DNA of 56,532 nt, from positions 1 through 56,532 of the forward strand of contig JAUCBJ010008552.1 of the NCBI GenBank assembly GCA_032718475.1, read 5' to 3'. Of the stretch, positions 10,231-20,761 are shown in pieces; positions within the stretch are counted from its first letter, which is position 1; every line of letters begins with the position of its first letter. A program made the translations under genes and the position numbers. Under the pieces are notes generated by a model. The model searched no databases. It had not been told where the DNA came from and saw nothing but the letters and a program-made list of their open reading frames with translations. The stretch is from Nemertoderma westbladi (taxonomy: Eukaryota; Animalia; Xenacoelomorpha).

Positions 10231-11773
10231 ACTACTAGGATCGGCATGCTGCATTGCAGCTGCATTTTTAAGAATGCTGTGCCGGCTTGTCAACAAAATT
10301 GCACCGCCACAACTCCCTATCACCCATGACATTTGCTAGATCATCCGCATCTTTAAGGCAAGTGTCCTTTAAGATGCGTCTCAAGAAAGTCATGGGCTGT
10401 CCACCATGCTTATTCACTCCATGAGGCTGCCAAAGTACAAGATTATGCACTGGCTGGTCCTCACGGCGAAAGCAATGTCCTGCAAAGCGGAGGCGATTTT
10501 GTTCTAGTGTCAAGCTTGGGGGAACCAATGAGACACCTCCAATGTTATATAGTGTCTGGTTGGAGATGTGTGCATTGTACTTGACACAATGAACACGGCG
10601 TAGCATTCTTGTGAATGTGCCATCCAGAGATTTGGTGTCCTCAGCAGTTAGAGCCCAGCATGGACTCCCGTAGAGGAGTACTGGAACTACTGCTGCTCTA
10701 AATAATCGGACCTTAAGTTTCCGATTAATTCTCGGTGACTTCCAAATCCTGGAAAGCCTATTCAAGGCTGCCCATGCCTTTCCCTTACGTATTCGAAGGT
10801 CCTCACCTGACTTCCGGATCCATGATCCCAGGTAACGGAAGTCGTCCACATGCTCAAGCATACCATCCTTTGAGCTTATGCTCATCCGATCGGAGACTTG
10901 CTGAGGACTTTCAAAGTTAACGGTCAGAATTTTGGTCTTTCTGGAGTTAATAAAAAGACCAACACTAGAAGCAGCATGTTCTAATGAGCTGAGGAGCCGT
11001 TGGGCTCCCTCTAATGATTCTGAGAGTACTCCTAAGTCATCAGCAACTACTAGGATCGGCATGCTGCATTGCAGCTGCATTTTTAAGAATGCTGTGCCGG
11101 CATGTCATCAGCAAAGTCTAGATCAGTTAGGTACTTGGCAGGATTTCCTCGACTTCTGGAGCCAGTAGGTGGAGTTATCATCACCCCATCATCATTATGA
11201 TGATCTAAGGACATGCATAGAACATAGTCAACCACAATAATGAACAAGAATGGTGCAAGTGTGTCTCCTGGTTCAAATGGTTCTGTGTCACCGTCAACAG
11301 TAGACACAAATGTTGTCGAACCATCGTATACTGATCTGATTGCTGCAATAATTTCATCAGGAATCCCATATAATGAAAGTATGCTGAACATACGTGAGCG
11401 AGAGACTGAATCAAAGGCCTTGAAGAAGTCAACAAAGATAACAGCCAGATGCCTGTCTTTCTTTTTTGATAATTCTTCAATTATCCTTTTAAGTGCCAAA
11501 ATGGGCTCCATGGTCCCACGACCTTTACGGAACCCATTCTGATTTCCACGGAGCAGTCTCTCAATGGGATCCCTGATGCGATTTAATAGAATCCTATTGT
11601 ATAGCTTTGCAGCAATCGAGATCAAGGAGATTCCCCGAAAAGAACCATAGAGTGTAATTTGCCCTTCTTGGGAACTGGCACCAACTTATTTGTTTTCATT
11701 TCTTGTGGGACTCTTGTTGTTCGGTACATGTCTACTATGATGGGATAGATGAGCTTTAAACACTCAGGTATTT
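10231..11773 (-). mobile_element. 5'-truncated RTE-clade LINE copy containing a nested mini-copy
   Basis: Near-identical to 36388-37844; (TAG)n tail at 10231; 18-bp deletion near 11270; second 3' end inserted at 11046-11103. Confidence 0.95.
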
Positions 11774-11855
11774 GCTCAGGGCAAAATGCCCTCAGGGCAA
11801 AACGCCCTGATGAATTTTGAAATGGCATGCTTTCTATGGCTTTGTATGAAATTTA
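11774..11855 (+). mobile_element. Fragment of the same MULE family (continues at 23590-23651)
   Basis: Reverse complement of 5459-5600, including about 2.5 units of the 16-bp repeat; split by LTR element 2. Confidence 0.9.
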
Positions 11856-13054
11856 TCTAAAAGCTTTTGCGGATATAACCAGTCATTTTTCTCCGCAATG
11901 AACTGTTTAGTTGTTTTAGCGGATATAACAAGCCATTTTCTCCGCAATGTACCCTGTAGGTGTTTTAGCGGACATAACAAGCCATTTTATGCCGCAATAC
12001 GCCAAATACTCTAAATAGAGTATAGTTCAGATGACGAAATCTGTCAGCTGATTTGCTGTGGATGTGGAACTTTCTTTGTTCGGCTCGTTTGACCAATCAG
12101 AGCGATTTTCATTTTATCTTGCACAGAAGCCTACGGAAAACCGGGCAATGCATTACGGTCTTTGTTTACCTTTCTGAGCGAGAACAACTGCTTGGAAATT
12201 CTTCTGTACTTCTGTGTTGGAAGTTTCAGACTTTGATCTAAACATCAGAAACATCAGATGGCTTTGATTTCAAGAACGTAAAACTATTAACGCGGCACTA
12301 CGCAATGCGATTCAACTACCGCATCACACCGCAATTCATGCATTGCTGCACATGGAACACTGCATAAGTAACACATACTGACTGTTCACCGCATTATTTG
12401 ATTCTGTTATAAATTGGTGTTATGTTGGTGTATATTGCTGATATATTTGGAGAATACCGATGAATAATCATAAAACCCCCAATCTTCTTGATTACTAAAG
12501 GTTAGAGGAACAGGTTTACCGGTAGCAACTGCGACTTACATTATAGTGGTTTTTGTGTGAATTGAATGCTATTTCATAATCCCTACATGTGTCAGTTGCG
12601 ATCCTCCTTATATATGATCAAATTCAGTGACGGTCGGCAGATCAGTGCGCAGTAGTGTGAACTAGTGTGAAGTCGTGTGAAGTAGTGTGAAGGTTAATGA
12701 AGCATCTCCTAAAGAATGCGCTTTTTACGAAACTCAGTAGCCATCCAGTTGTGATTAGTATAAGTCATAACTCTGTTTTATACTTAAAGCGCCATGTCCT
12801 AAAGGAACTGTTAATATTTCCCCGAAAGTAAATATATTGTCAGAGATTATATATTAACGATCAATCGAATAATACAGTAGGTCTACACTGCAATCACTAT
12901 CAAAGCATCCGAATCCAGTCTCCCTTAACTGTGGGTGAATGGTCGCGCACAGGCTGGCTTCGGCTGATGTAACTTCAGTACATTAAATAATTGATAAACA
13001 AAAAGACAATTAAAATTGGCAGGTTAAACTGCTAAAGGTCTAAAAGCGCAAACA
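11856..13054 (+). repeat. 5' LTR of element 2
   Basis: Colinear with 22391-23589, roughly 18 substitutions by eye; begins TCT instead of TGT. Confidence 0.95.
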
Positions 13055-14646
13055 TTAATAGTTTTAAACTCTTGATTGCACGTAGGCAATAAATATTTTG
13101 TCTATTGTTCTGGTAAGAACAATAATGGATTCTTAGATTCTTTATTGCACCGTAGGCAATAAAGTCGATGGTACCTGTCGAACGCTAAGCTGTAGGCCTA
13201 ACTGCCCAACTGCCCGAACCGGTACTTACAGATACAACAGTATTATTCGATTTTGATAATTATATACCGGTAGGTCTTGATATTTAATCAGGGACGCCTG
13301 GTTTTTTTTTGGGATTTTACTTATTTCTGTCAGTTTTATTTATTTGTAAGTGTAATATTGAGCAGAAGGCGTGTAAGCCCGCTCAAATTGTATAAATAAT
13401 TTGTAGGCTGGATTGTTGTCTGGCTGTTGTTAAGTCTGAAGAGATTGCAGTGTGTGTAGAGTGTATGTCCGATAAAGTACTAGTTAGGAAGGCGGGGGCA
13501 TCCAGTGCTGTAAGGTAAATCCCCCCCGAAAGAATAAGTCGTACTACTCGGTTAGAACGCATACTAACTAACCATTTCGGAGTCTGCATATACTGTAGTT
13601 TATTTGGGCTTGATAGTAGTCTGCCAGCGTTTGGTCGGTATTTTGTTTGTGTAGTCTGCACGGGTAGCGTATTTATTTATTATTCAGAGTATATGCGAGT
13701 ATTCGCAACATACATAACTCCCCAAGTTTATTCCTACAGTAATTGTGCTTGTTATACATACCATTATAGTTTAATTAACCCCGGTACTACATCAGGGCTG
13801 CTTGGCATAGGTAAAGACTGGTGATTTTATGCTCTAGTCACTCCAGCAGATACAGTGGTTCTTTTGGCTGTACAAGTAAATTTAACTGCTGGTTATTTGT
13901 TGTATAAGTACTTGTACCTAATTTAGGGTTTAGTGTACAGTGCTTTCCGAAGGTAATTAGTGTGTAGACAGTATATTTGTGTTGTGAAGTGGTTAATAGG
14001 CACGTTAGATCTGGTTGGCTGCGGTAATTAACTTCTAGGTAAGGACACTCCGGGTACATAACGTAGTACTTATAGAGCTGTAGAGCTAAAGACTATAAGT
14101 CGTCAGACGGTGGTATTTTCTTATCTGGACAACGCAATTTATTTACTACTGCTTAATTATTTTCAAATACCGTAGTTTCCTGTCCGTTTGTAAGAACCAG
14201 AAATTCTAACTCCTTGTTAGGCTGGTTTGTAGATTTCCTGTAAAATTACCCTAAAATTTGTACGTGTAACTTTTGTGTTTATTTAGAGATTGTAATCCTA
14301 CACAGTAATTGTACGTAATTTGTAGTAATAAGTAACTTAGTAAAGTAGAATTATTTGTTTTAGTGTCCAACAAGTAGCACTCCACTGAGAGCGTTCAGCT
14401 TCTGTGTAGTGACACCTTACTTGGAAATAATAACATTTATTTCAAATATTGTCAAAAACCTTTATACGGGTACATCAAAAAAAAGCATTTATATTATAAA
14501 TCAACTCAAACCGATTTATAAAATAGTAGGCCTGTTATACATCAATTAGGTCTTAATATCAGTTGGACTACTGCTTAATAACAGTAATAAAGTAAAGGAA
14601 AGTAACCCTAAAATTCAGAAATTCAGACATTATAAAATAATTGACG

Positions 14647-14900
14647 TTACCGGTATTTACGATAGGCTTATTATATTTATTTCTATAAATTTAAGCTGAA
14701 ATTATATACTGGTATTCTGTAATTAATTCTAGTCTATAATAATACTTATATATACTATAAGTGTATGCTGTATACCGGTATTTACGGTAGGCTTATTATA
14801 TATATTTATATAAATTTATGCTGAAATTATATACCGGTATTCTGTGACAAATCCTAGTCAGTAATAATACTTATATATATACCATAAGTATATACCGGTA
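14647..14900. repeat. ~126-bp AT-rich tandem duplication in the gag leader
   Basis: TACCGGTATTTACG.TAGGCTTATTATAT...GCTGAAATTATATAC.GGTATTCTGT occurs at ~14648 and ~14773. Confidence 0.85.
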
Positions 14901-15045
14901 TTCTAACATATTATATATAGGCCTATATCACGTTACACTGAGTAACAGTATCGGTAATTAATTACTAGGCTTTCCGTGGATACTGAATTACTAGACTTGC
15001 TTTAACTGTCGTTATAGTAGTAGGGATTCAACTGTACAATCAAAC

Positions 15046-18000
15046 ATGTCTGACACAAAACGGGCACTGTCAGATAGTCTTTTGGAAGGTGTTAGAATGA
15101 GTATTAGACTTGGACAGTGTCTTGAAAGGATCTGTGACCAAGATCAAAGTATAGAACATCCCAGACCAAAGTCCAAGTCCCCTCCTACTGTAAGAAAGGT
15201 CATCCCTTCAGTAGTAGTATCAGACCCTAGGCTAGTACCGGTACAGCACCGTAGGTCTATTAAGGTCCTCATGGCAATGGAACAAGAGGAACAATTAAGG
15301 AAACGGCAAATAGAAGACCGAAGGTCAGCGGCCGCGGCAGAATCTGAAAGGAAAGCGGCAGCGGCTGATAGAAAAGCGGCAGTAGCAGAGGATGAAAGGA
15401 AAGCGGCAGTGGCTGAAGCAGAACGGAAGGCGTCTGAAGCGACTACCCAACTAGAGCTGGAAAACCTTCAGGCGAAACAAGATTACTTGAAGAAACAAAC
15501 CAGAAGACAGGGATTTGCCTCCTCCGATGAAGGTGATATAAGAGATCCCGAAGGTAGAGGTAATAAATCTCGTTCAAGCGGACGTAGAAGAACGCCACAC
15601 CGTCAGAAGTTACCTAATTTAGCTCCTGCAGTGAGAAGGCAACTGGCTAGTGTAGACTTAGGTAATCCTGAACCCACAGACCAAATTATTAGAGTAGACA
15701 GACTCCCTACTATAGTAGATGAGCCTGAAATAATTAGGCCTGTTTTCGAAGCCACCCCCTCTGTGATAGAGACTCCTGTACTTCCAGAACCTAACTCTAA
15801 ATTCCCTTTGCACAGTACTAAACTACCTATGCCCAGTAAAACAGCCCCTGAGTCAATCCCAGTCCTGGACGCCGAGCGAGATATCAACGATTTATCGCCC
15901 GTCGTCCCTCGTCTGCCCGCTACTATGTTGGCGGCTCCCGCTTCAGCGGTAGAGTGGGTGGATGAGGGACGGTGGGAGATAGGTCTCCTGCTCGGGCAGC
16001 TGAGGGAACATTGTAAATGCTCCTCCCAGCAGGTCCGGGAGTTGGAAGAGACTGTTCAGCAGTTAAAGGGAGCAGTAAGAGAGGGTAGGTTAGAGTTGCA
16101 AGAAGTGCAGCAGAGTATCGCGTTAGAACGCGATAAATTAGTAAATATACAATTGGGTGTACCACCACCCCCTGTAACAATGTGTCAACCTGTTAGGTCT
16201 GACGTATTTCATGCGCAAGGTGTGGAGCCTACACGCATCTATACTGCTAGTGAAGTAGAAACTCCTATAGTGAACCCTATTAAGGGTAATTATAAACCCG
16301 TTGATAATGATATTCCATATAGACCTGATCCTAATCCGAGAAATTTATATACTGATAACTCGATATTAAATAATATGATGGCCCAAGAAAGTTTTACGCG
16401 TCAAATGGCTAGAACCAAAGCCCGTCAAGCGGTAAAGGTGGGAGAGATCGTCAAGTTCAATGGAGATGAGATGAAATGGTTACCTTTTAATGAATATTAT
16501 AAAGATAACATACAGAACTCTGTACTATCTAATGGAGAGAAACTTAGATTCTTCATCAGGTGCTTGGAAGGACCTCCCAAGTTAATGGCGTTAAAGTTTA
16601 TTGGACATCCAGATGGATTAAGACAAGTTTGGGATACACTAAACATGAGGTATGGTAATATGACTAACATAGCTAGGTATTTGTATGCGAAATTAATGGC
16701 GCCCCGAAAGTTTCTTAGCAGCGGGATTATAGAGTTTTCCGACGAGATTCAGGAGATCTGTAGACAACTAGATTGGTTAGGTAAGTCTCATGAATACCAG
16801 AATTCTATGGTTGTAGGAGCCTTAGCATCAACTTTGCCAAAGGGTGGAGTAGGTACTCGCTGGGACAAAAGGGTTCTCTCTTTGATGGACCAACAACATA
16901 GAGATCCAACCATGACGGACCTTCTGTCATTCTTAAACAGAGAGGTAAGATTACAACTCCTAAAACAGTCTAGAGAGAAGACTAGAAGTGAGGTAAGTGA
17001 AAAACCCATTTCTAGGAGAAAGGCAGCACCAGTGTGTTATAAAGACGACGGCGAAAGCCAAACCTCCCACGAGGAGAACAGCGGGAAAGACACCGAAAGA
17101 TCTTACTATGTCAACAAAACACAGAAAGACGTAAGTAAATCTAAGTCTCGAACCAGTGACAGGAGAGAACAGGTAACAACAACTCCTCCCACGTCTCCTA
17201 AGATAATTCATGGAAGAAAGCCCGAGGAAAGAACAAGTGTGCACCACACAGCACAGGTTAAAGTAAGTAACATCAAGCCCAAATGTGTATTGTGCGACGG
17301 GCCCCATCGCTTGAGTGGGTGTGATGAATTCTTAAAGAAATCCCTTAAAGATAGACGTGATGTCATGTGGGATAAGCGGTTGTGTTATAATTGCCTCAGA
17401 CGAGGACACCAACGGCGGACCTGTTACTCAGATGCTAGGTGCGCTAAGTGCGGCGCGAAACATCATATCTTGCTGCACACAGAATTTGAAAGAACCCGCA
17501 CGAGTCAGGTAAGTGAGCCCGAACTACATGTCCAATTCAGTGATGTGAACGACACTGACCACAGCTCTGAGATGGAAGGATTCTACACCGACGAATTCTC
17601 CGACGAAAACGAATCCTGTTATATGACAAACACCGCGGTGTATCGAGCGCTTACGTATGAGACTGAAACCGATAACGAAGCGCACCCAGCTATTCCTGAC
17701 CGACAACCATCTTGGAAAGCGCCAACTTCCAACGTCGGAATCCGGGAATTCCCCGTAGTTCAGCTGAGAGTCCATGGAATAGGTAAGAGTTTTATAGTCA
17801 ACGCCCTCCTGGACTCTGGCAGCACAGGAACATTCATCGACAAAGAACTAGCCGAAGACATCTTTGCTGGACAACCCAAGTTCCGAACTAAGTTGAACCT
17901 TTCAGGAATTATGCAGGTTTGGAAATCTACAGTAGCTACAGACTACTATGTAGGCGCGTTGTCCACTCCCCAGGACAAACTAGGAGAACACAGCATAAGG

Positions 18001-19026
18001 TCAGTAAAAATGGTGGCGATAAAGAACTTTGCTACCAGCCAAGTGGAACCTTATAACTGGGATGAAGACGATTTTACCCAGCAACATAATATCCCTAGAT
18101 TCAACACTGATTACCCAGGAGTACAGATACTCATCGGCCAAAATGCGCATGAGGCGCTAGAGACATTAGAAAAACGGCCTGCTCGACCGCAACCATTACA
18201 AACATATGCGGGAAGAACGAGAGTAGGTTGGTACTTCACTGGACCTTCCCGTAGAACACTCATGGAAAGATTACCTAACGACCAAGTATATCAGGTGAGT
18301 GAATGGGAAGAAGAAATCAGTGAGGGAGAGAACACAACTGAGGGAACACCATACTCCTCAGATAATGACGATATTAACTCTAATGTAGATCAATGGAAAC
18401 ATTGCCCTGGGACGATTAATCCAGCCGACATCGCTTCCAGAGGAGCAACTCCTCAAGAACTGACAGATACTCCAGACTGGTTATGTGGACCCGACTTCCT
18501 AAGTAAAGAAGAGGATGAATGGCCTCCTCATCTCACCACGGCTGAGATTAGACAAGCCAAGGGAGCGGAGAAAGTCAAACCCAAAACCCGGACGAGTAAA
18601 TCAAAGTTATTTAAACCCGTGATAGATCTGTCTGTACTACACATTTCCGGAGACGACGCTGTGGATCCAAACTCCCCAGCCACAAATAAATCTGTCGTGG
18701 AAATTAGAGAAAGGGACTGGAAATCTGGAACACCATACGTCTCGCAGGGACTCTCACCTCTCCTGCAGAGAGCGATAAATCACTATAGCTCCTGGAATCG
18801 GCTTTGTAAGGCCGTCGTGTATTTGAAGCGATGTTTCCATCGTCACTATTCCAGGATGAAGAAGAAACCTGGAATTGTATTCGAAACACAACAACTCAAT
18901 CGCCCAGTTGGTCGTTTATGTTTACTGGAAAGAGACCGAGAACTGTCCAGAAACTATGGAAGGCAAGATACTCTTCCCACGACCACCTCCCTAATCCTAC
19001 AAACATCTAGGGACTCCCCAACGTAA
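15046..19026 (+). CDS. gag: BEL/Pao Gag-protease polyprotein with in-frame loss of RT and most of RNase H; no integrase
   Basis: 1326 aa; DUF1759-like KFNGDEMKW..F..EKLRFF..LEG; triple BEL knuckle CVLCDGPHRLSGC/CYNCLRRGHQRRTC/CAKCGAKHHILLH; protease ALLDSGS; RTRVGWYFTGP; then RNase H tail WKHCPGTINPADIASRG..W..GPDFL..WP. Confidence 0.9.
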   Translation: MSDTKRALSDSLLEGVRMSIRLGQCLERICDQDQSIEHPRPKSKSPPTVRKVIPSVVVSDPRLVPVQHRRSIKVLMAMEQEEQLRKRQIEDRRSAAAAESERKAAAADRKAAVAEDERKAAVAEAERKASEATTQLELENLQAKQDYLKKQTRRQGFASSDEGDIRDPEGRGNKSRSSGRRRTPHRQKLPNLAPAVRRQLASVDLGNPEPTDQIIRVDRLPTIVDEPEIIRPVFEATPSVIETPVLPEPNSKFPLHSTKLPMPSKTAPESIPVLDAERDINDLSPVVPRLPATMLAAPASAVEWVDEGRWEIGLLLGQLREHCKCSSQQVRELEETVQQLKGAVREGRLELQEVQQSIALERDKLVNIQLGVPPPPVTMCQPVRSDVFHAQGVEPTRIYTASEVETPIVNPIKGNYKPVDNDIPYRPDPNPRNLYTDNSILNNMMAQESFTRQMARTKARQAVKVGEIVKFNGDEMKWLPFNEYYKDNIQNSVLSNGEKLRFFIRCLEGPPKLMALKFIGHPDGLRQVWDTLNMRYGNMTNIARYLYAKLMAPRKFLSSGIIEFSDEIQEICRQLDWLGKSHEYQNSMVVGALASTLPKGGVGTRWDKRVLSLMDQQHRDPTMTDLLSFLNREVRLQLLKQSREKTRSEVSEKPISRRKAAPVCYKDDGESQTSHEENSGKDTERSYYVNKTQKDVSKSKSRTSDRREQVTTTPPTSPKIIHGRKPEERTSVHHTAQVKVSNIKPKCVLCDGPHRLSGCDEFLKKSLKDRRDVMWDKRLCYNCLRRGHQRRTCYSDARCAKCGAKHHILLHTEFERTRTSQVSEPELHVQFSDVNDTDHSSEMEGFYTDEFSDENESCYMTNTAVYRALTYETETDNEAHPAIPDRQPSWKAPTSNVGIREFPVVQLRVHGIGKSFIVNALLDSGSTGTFIDKELAEDIFAGQPKFRTKLNLSGIMQVWKSTVATDYYVGALSTPQDKLGEHSIRSVKMVAIKNFATSQVEPYNWDEDDFTQQHNIPRFNTDYPGVQILIGQNAHEALETLEKRPARPQPLQTYAGRTRVGWYFTGPSRRTLMERLPNDQVYQVSEWEEEISEGENTTEGTPYSSDNDDINSNVDQWKHCPGTINPADIASRGATPQELTDTPDWLCGPDFLSKEEDEWPPHLTTAEIRQAKGAEKVKPKTRTSKSKLFKPVIDLSVLHISGDDAVDPNSPATNKSVVEIRERDWKSGTPYVSQGLSPLLQRAINHYSSWNRLCKAVVYLKRCFHRHYSRMKKKPGIVFETQQLNRPVGRLCLLERDRELSRNYGRQDTLPTTTSLILQTSRDSPT

Positions 19027-19549
19027 CATCGTCTGGAGTGGGTGTGTGACTACATTAATTTATATATTTTTTATTATTTTTATATTTATGTATGTATTAT
19101 TACGTAATTTTATTGTTATAATCGTTTTCTTTAATTTTATTTAGTGGAATGTAATTTTAGCGATTATTTAGTAGATTAGTGCAATATATATTCGTGTTTA
19201 TTACTTAATTACTTATATTATATATTTAGTGCAACGGCGAGAAATAATTCTTTTTTCTCTTTCCTTACTGTCCGTATCATATTATAAATGCGTGACTACA
19301 GTAAGATGAAATATCCGTACTTATTAAAGTACAATAAAGCTCCTACTATACTCAAGTATTATTGGTAAGTAGAGTATTAGGAATGCAAAGTTCAGATCCT
19401 CGTGTCTCAGCTAAACCAAGCTCTGGTTAGACCTTGGAAACGACTTGCCTCTTCTCACTGACATTGCTTCTTGCAATATTGCTCTCATACCGTATATTAA
19501 ATAATACATATAGTAGTGTGATGTCCCTTTGACAGTAGCGTACAACGCA

Positions 19550-19960
19550 AAATAAATCTGTTAAACCCTTTGACCATCTGTAATTCTAGTCGATTAAGAT
19601 AGCGCGGCACCCACCGATATACTTGAAAGACAAAATTCTAGAATCAGTGGTTAACGTCCCCAGACAAGTTCTGGAATAAATCGGTGCCCATCTTAAATAT
19701 TAATTATTTAATATTTATAAAAATCTATTAAAACAAATGTTATAATAGAGTAAATACATACAAATAAACTCTAAGGAGTTTGTAAACCAAGAAAATCTAG
19801 AAATCCAAAATCTGTTAAAATTCCGATCCTTTAAAAATTCTAGTCGATTAAGATATCGTAGCACTTACCGATACTCTTAAAAGGACAAATTTCCTAGAAT
19901 TAAGGATCCTAGTCCCCAGACATGTTCTGGAATAAAATTGTGTCTATTTTAATATTAAAT
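19550..19960. repeat. Diverged direct repeat (~150 bp units, ~255 bp apart)
   Basis: AAATCTGTTAAA..AATTCTAGTCGATTAAGATA..GTCCCCAGACA.GTTCTGGAATAAA at ~19555-19700 and ~19808-19955. Confidence 0.8.
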
Positions 19961-20761
19961 AATAAAATTCACGGGAATAAATTTTAAATTCACATCCTCT
20001 CATGAATTTGATAAATTGTCATTTTATATAATTTATAACATTCCCAAAATTCCATTAATTAATAGATCATGGGAGCGGAGATTCACCCTATTAAGTATAT
20101 TAGTGTGAGAGAATCTCCAATGTATAGTCAATAGCCGATAAAATTCATAAAATCATGTATAAAGGGGACTATATTGACAATTAAAGAATTACTATTAAAT
20201 AGCATCCCAGATCTGTATGCATGCGAATTACCCTAATTCTACTGCTAGCTTTCCATAATGTCACCATAGCAACAACCATGCTAGAATTAGAAGCGAGTTA
20301 AAGAACAATAGAAAGCTTGCCCCATTGAATAGCATACGGAATAAATAGCACCCTGCTAGTATCCAGGGATACATAATAATAACGTGGCATTCTGGAAGGC
20401 ACTTGACTAACAGACAAATGGCCCGAATGTGTACAATTTGTGACAAGTGTGTGGAATTTGTGTATTTATAGGTGAATGTTACTACTAAAGTGTGTTTACA
20501 GTAGCGAGTCGCAGTTGTGAAAGTTACCCTGCCTCTGTAGCAAGAACCTGAAGTAATTCTAAGCCCTTGGGACGGACAGTGGTGTGACTCGCGCTGGTTG
20601 TTGTTGTCGTTGTGTAGCTACTATGTTGGCGAAAGACACAGCGGCGACAGTACATTAGCGCTGAGGAGCTTGCGCTGTCCGGGGGCATTGAGGGGGAGGC
20701 AGCAACGACCACTAGCCTAAATTATAATTAATTATAATATCGATAAACTCATATAGCAGCT

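Noticed and set aside
12053-12241. 62-aa ORF duplicated at 22588-22776
   Set aside because: Lies within the LTRs, non-ATG start, no domain features.
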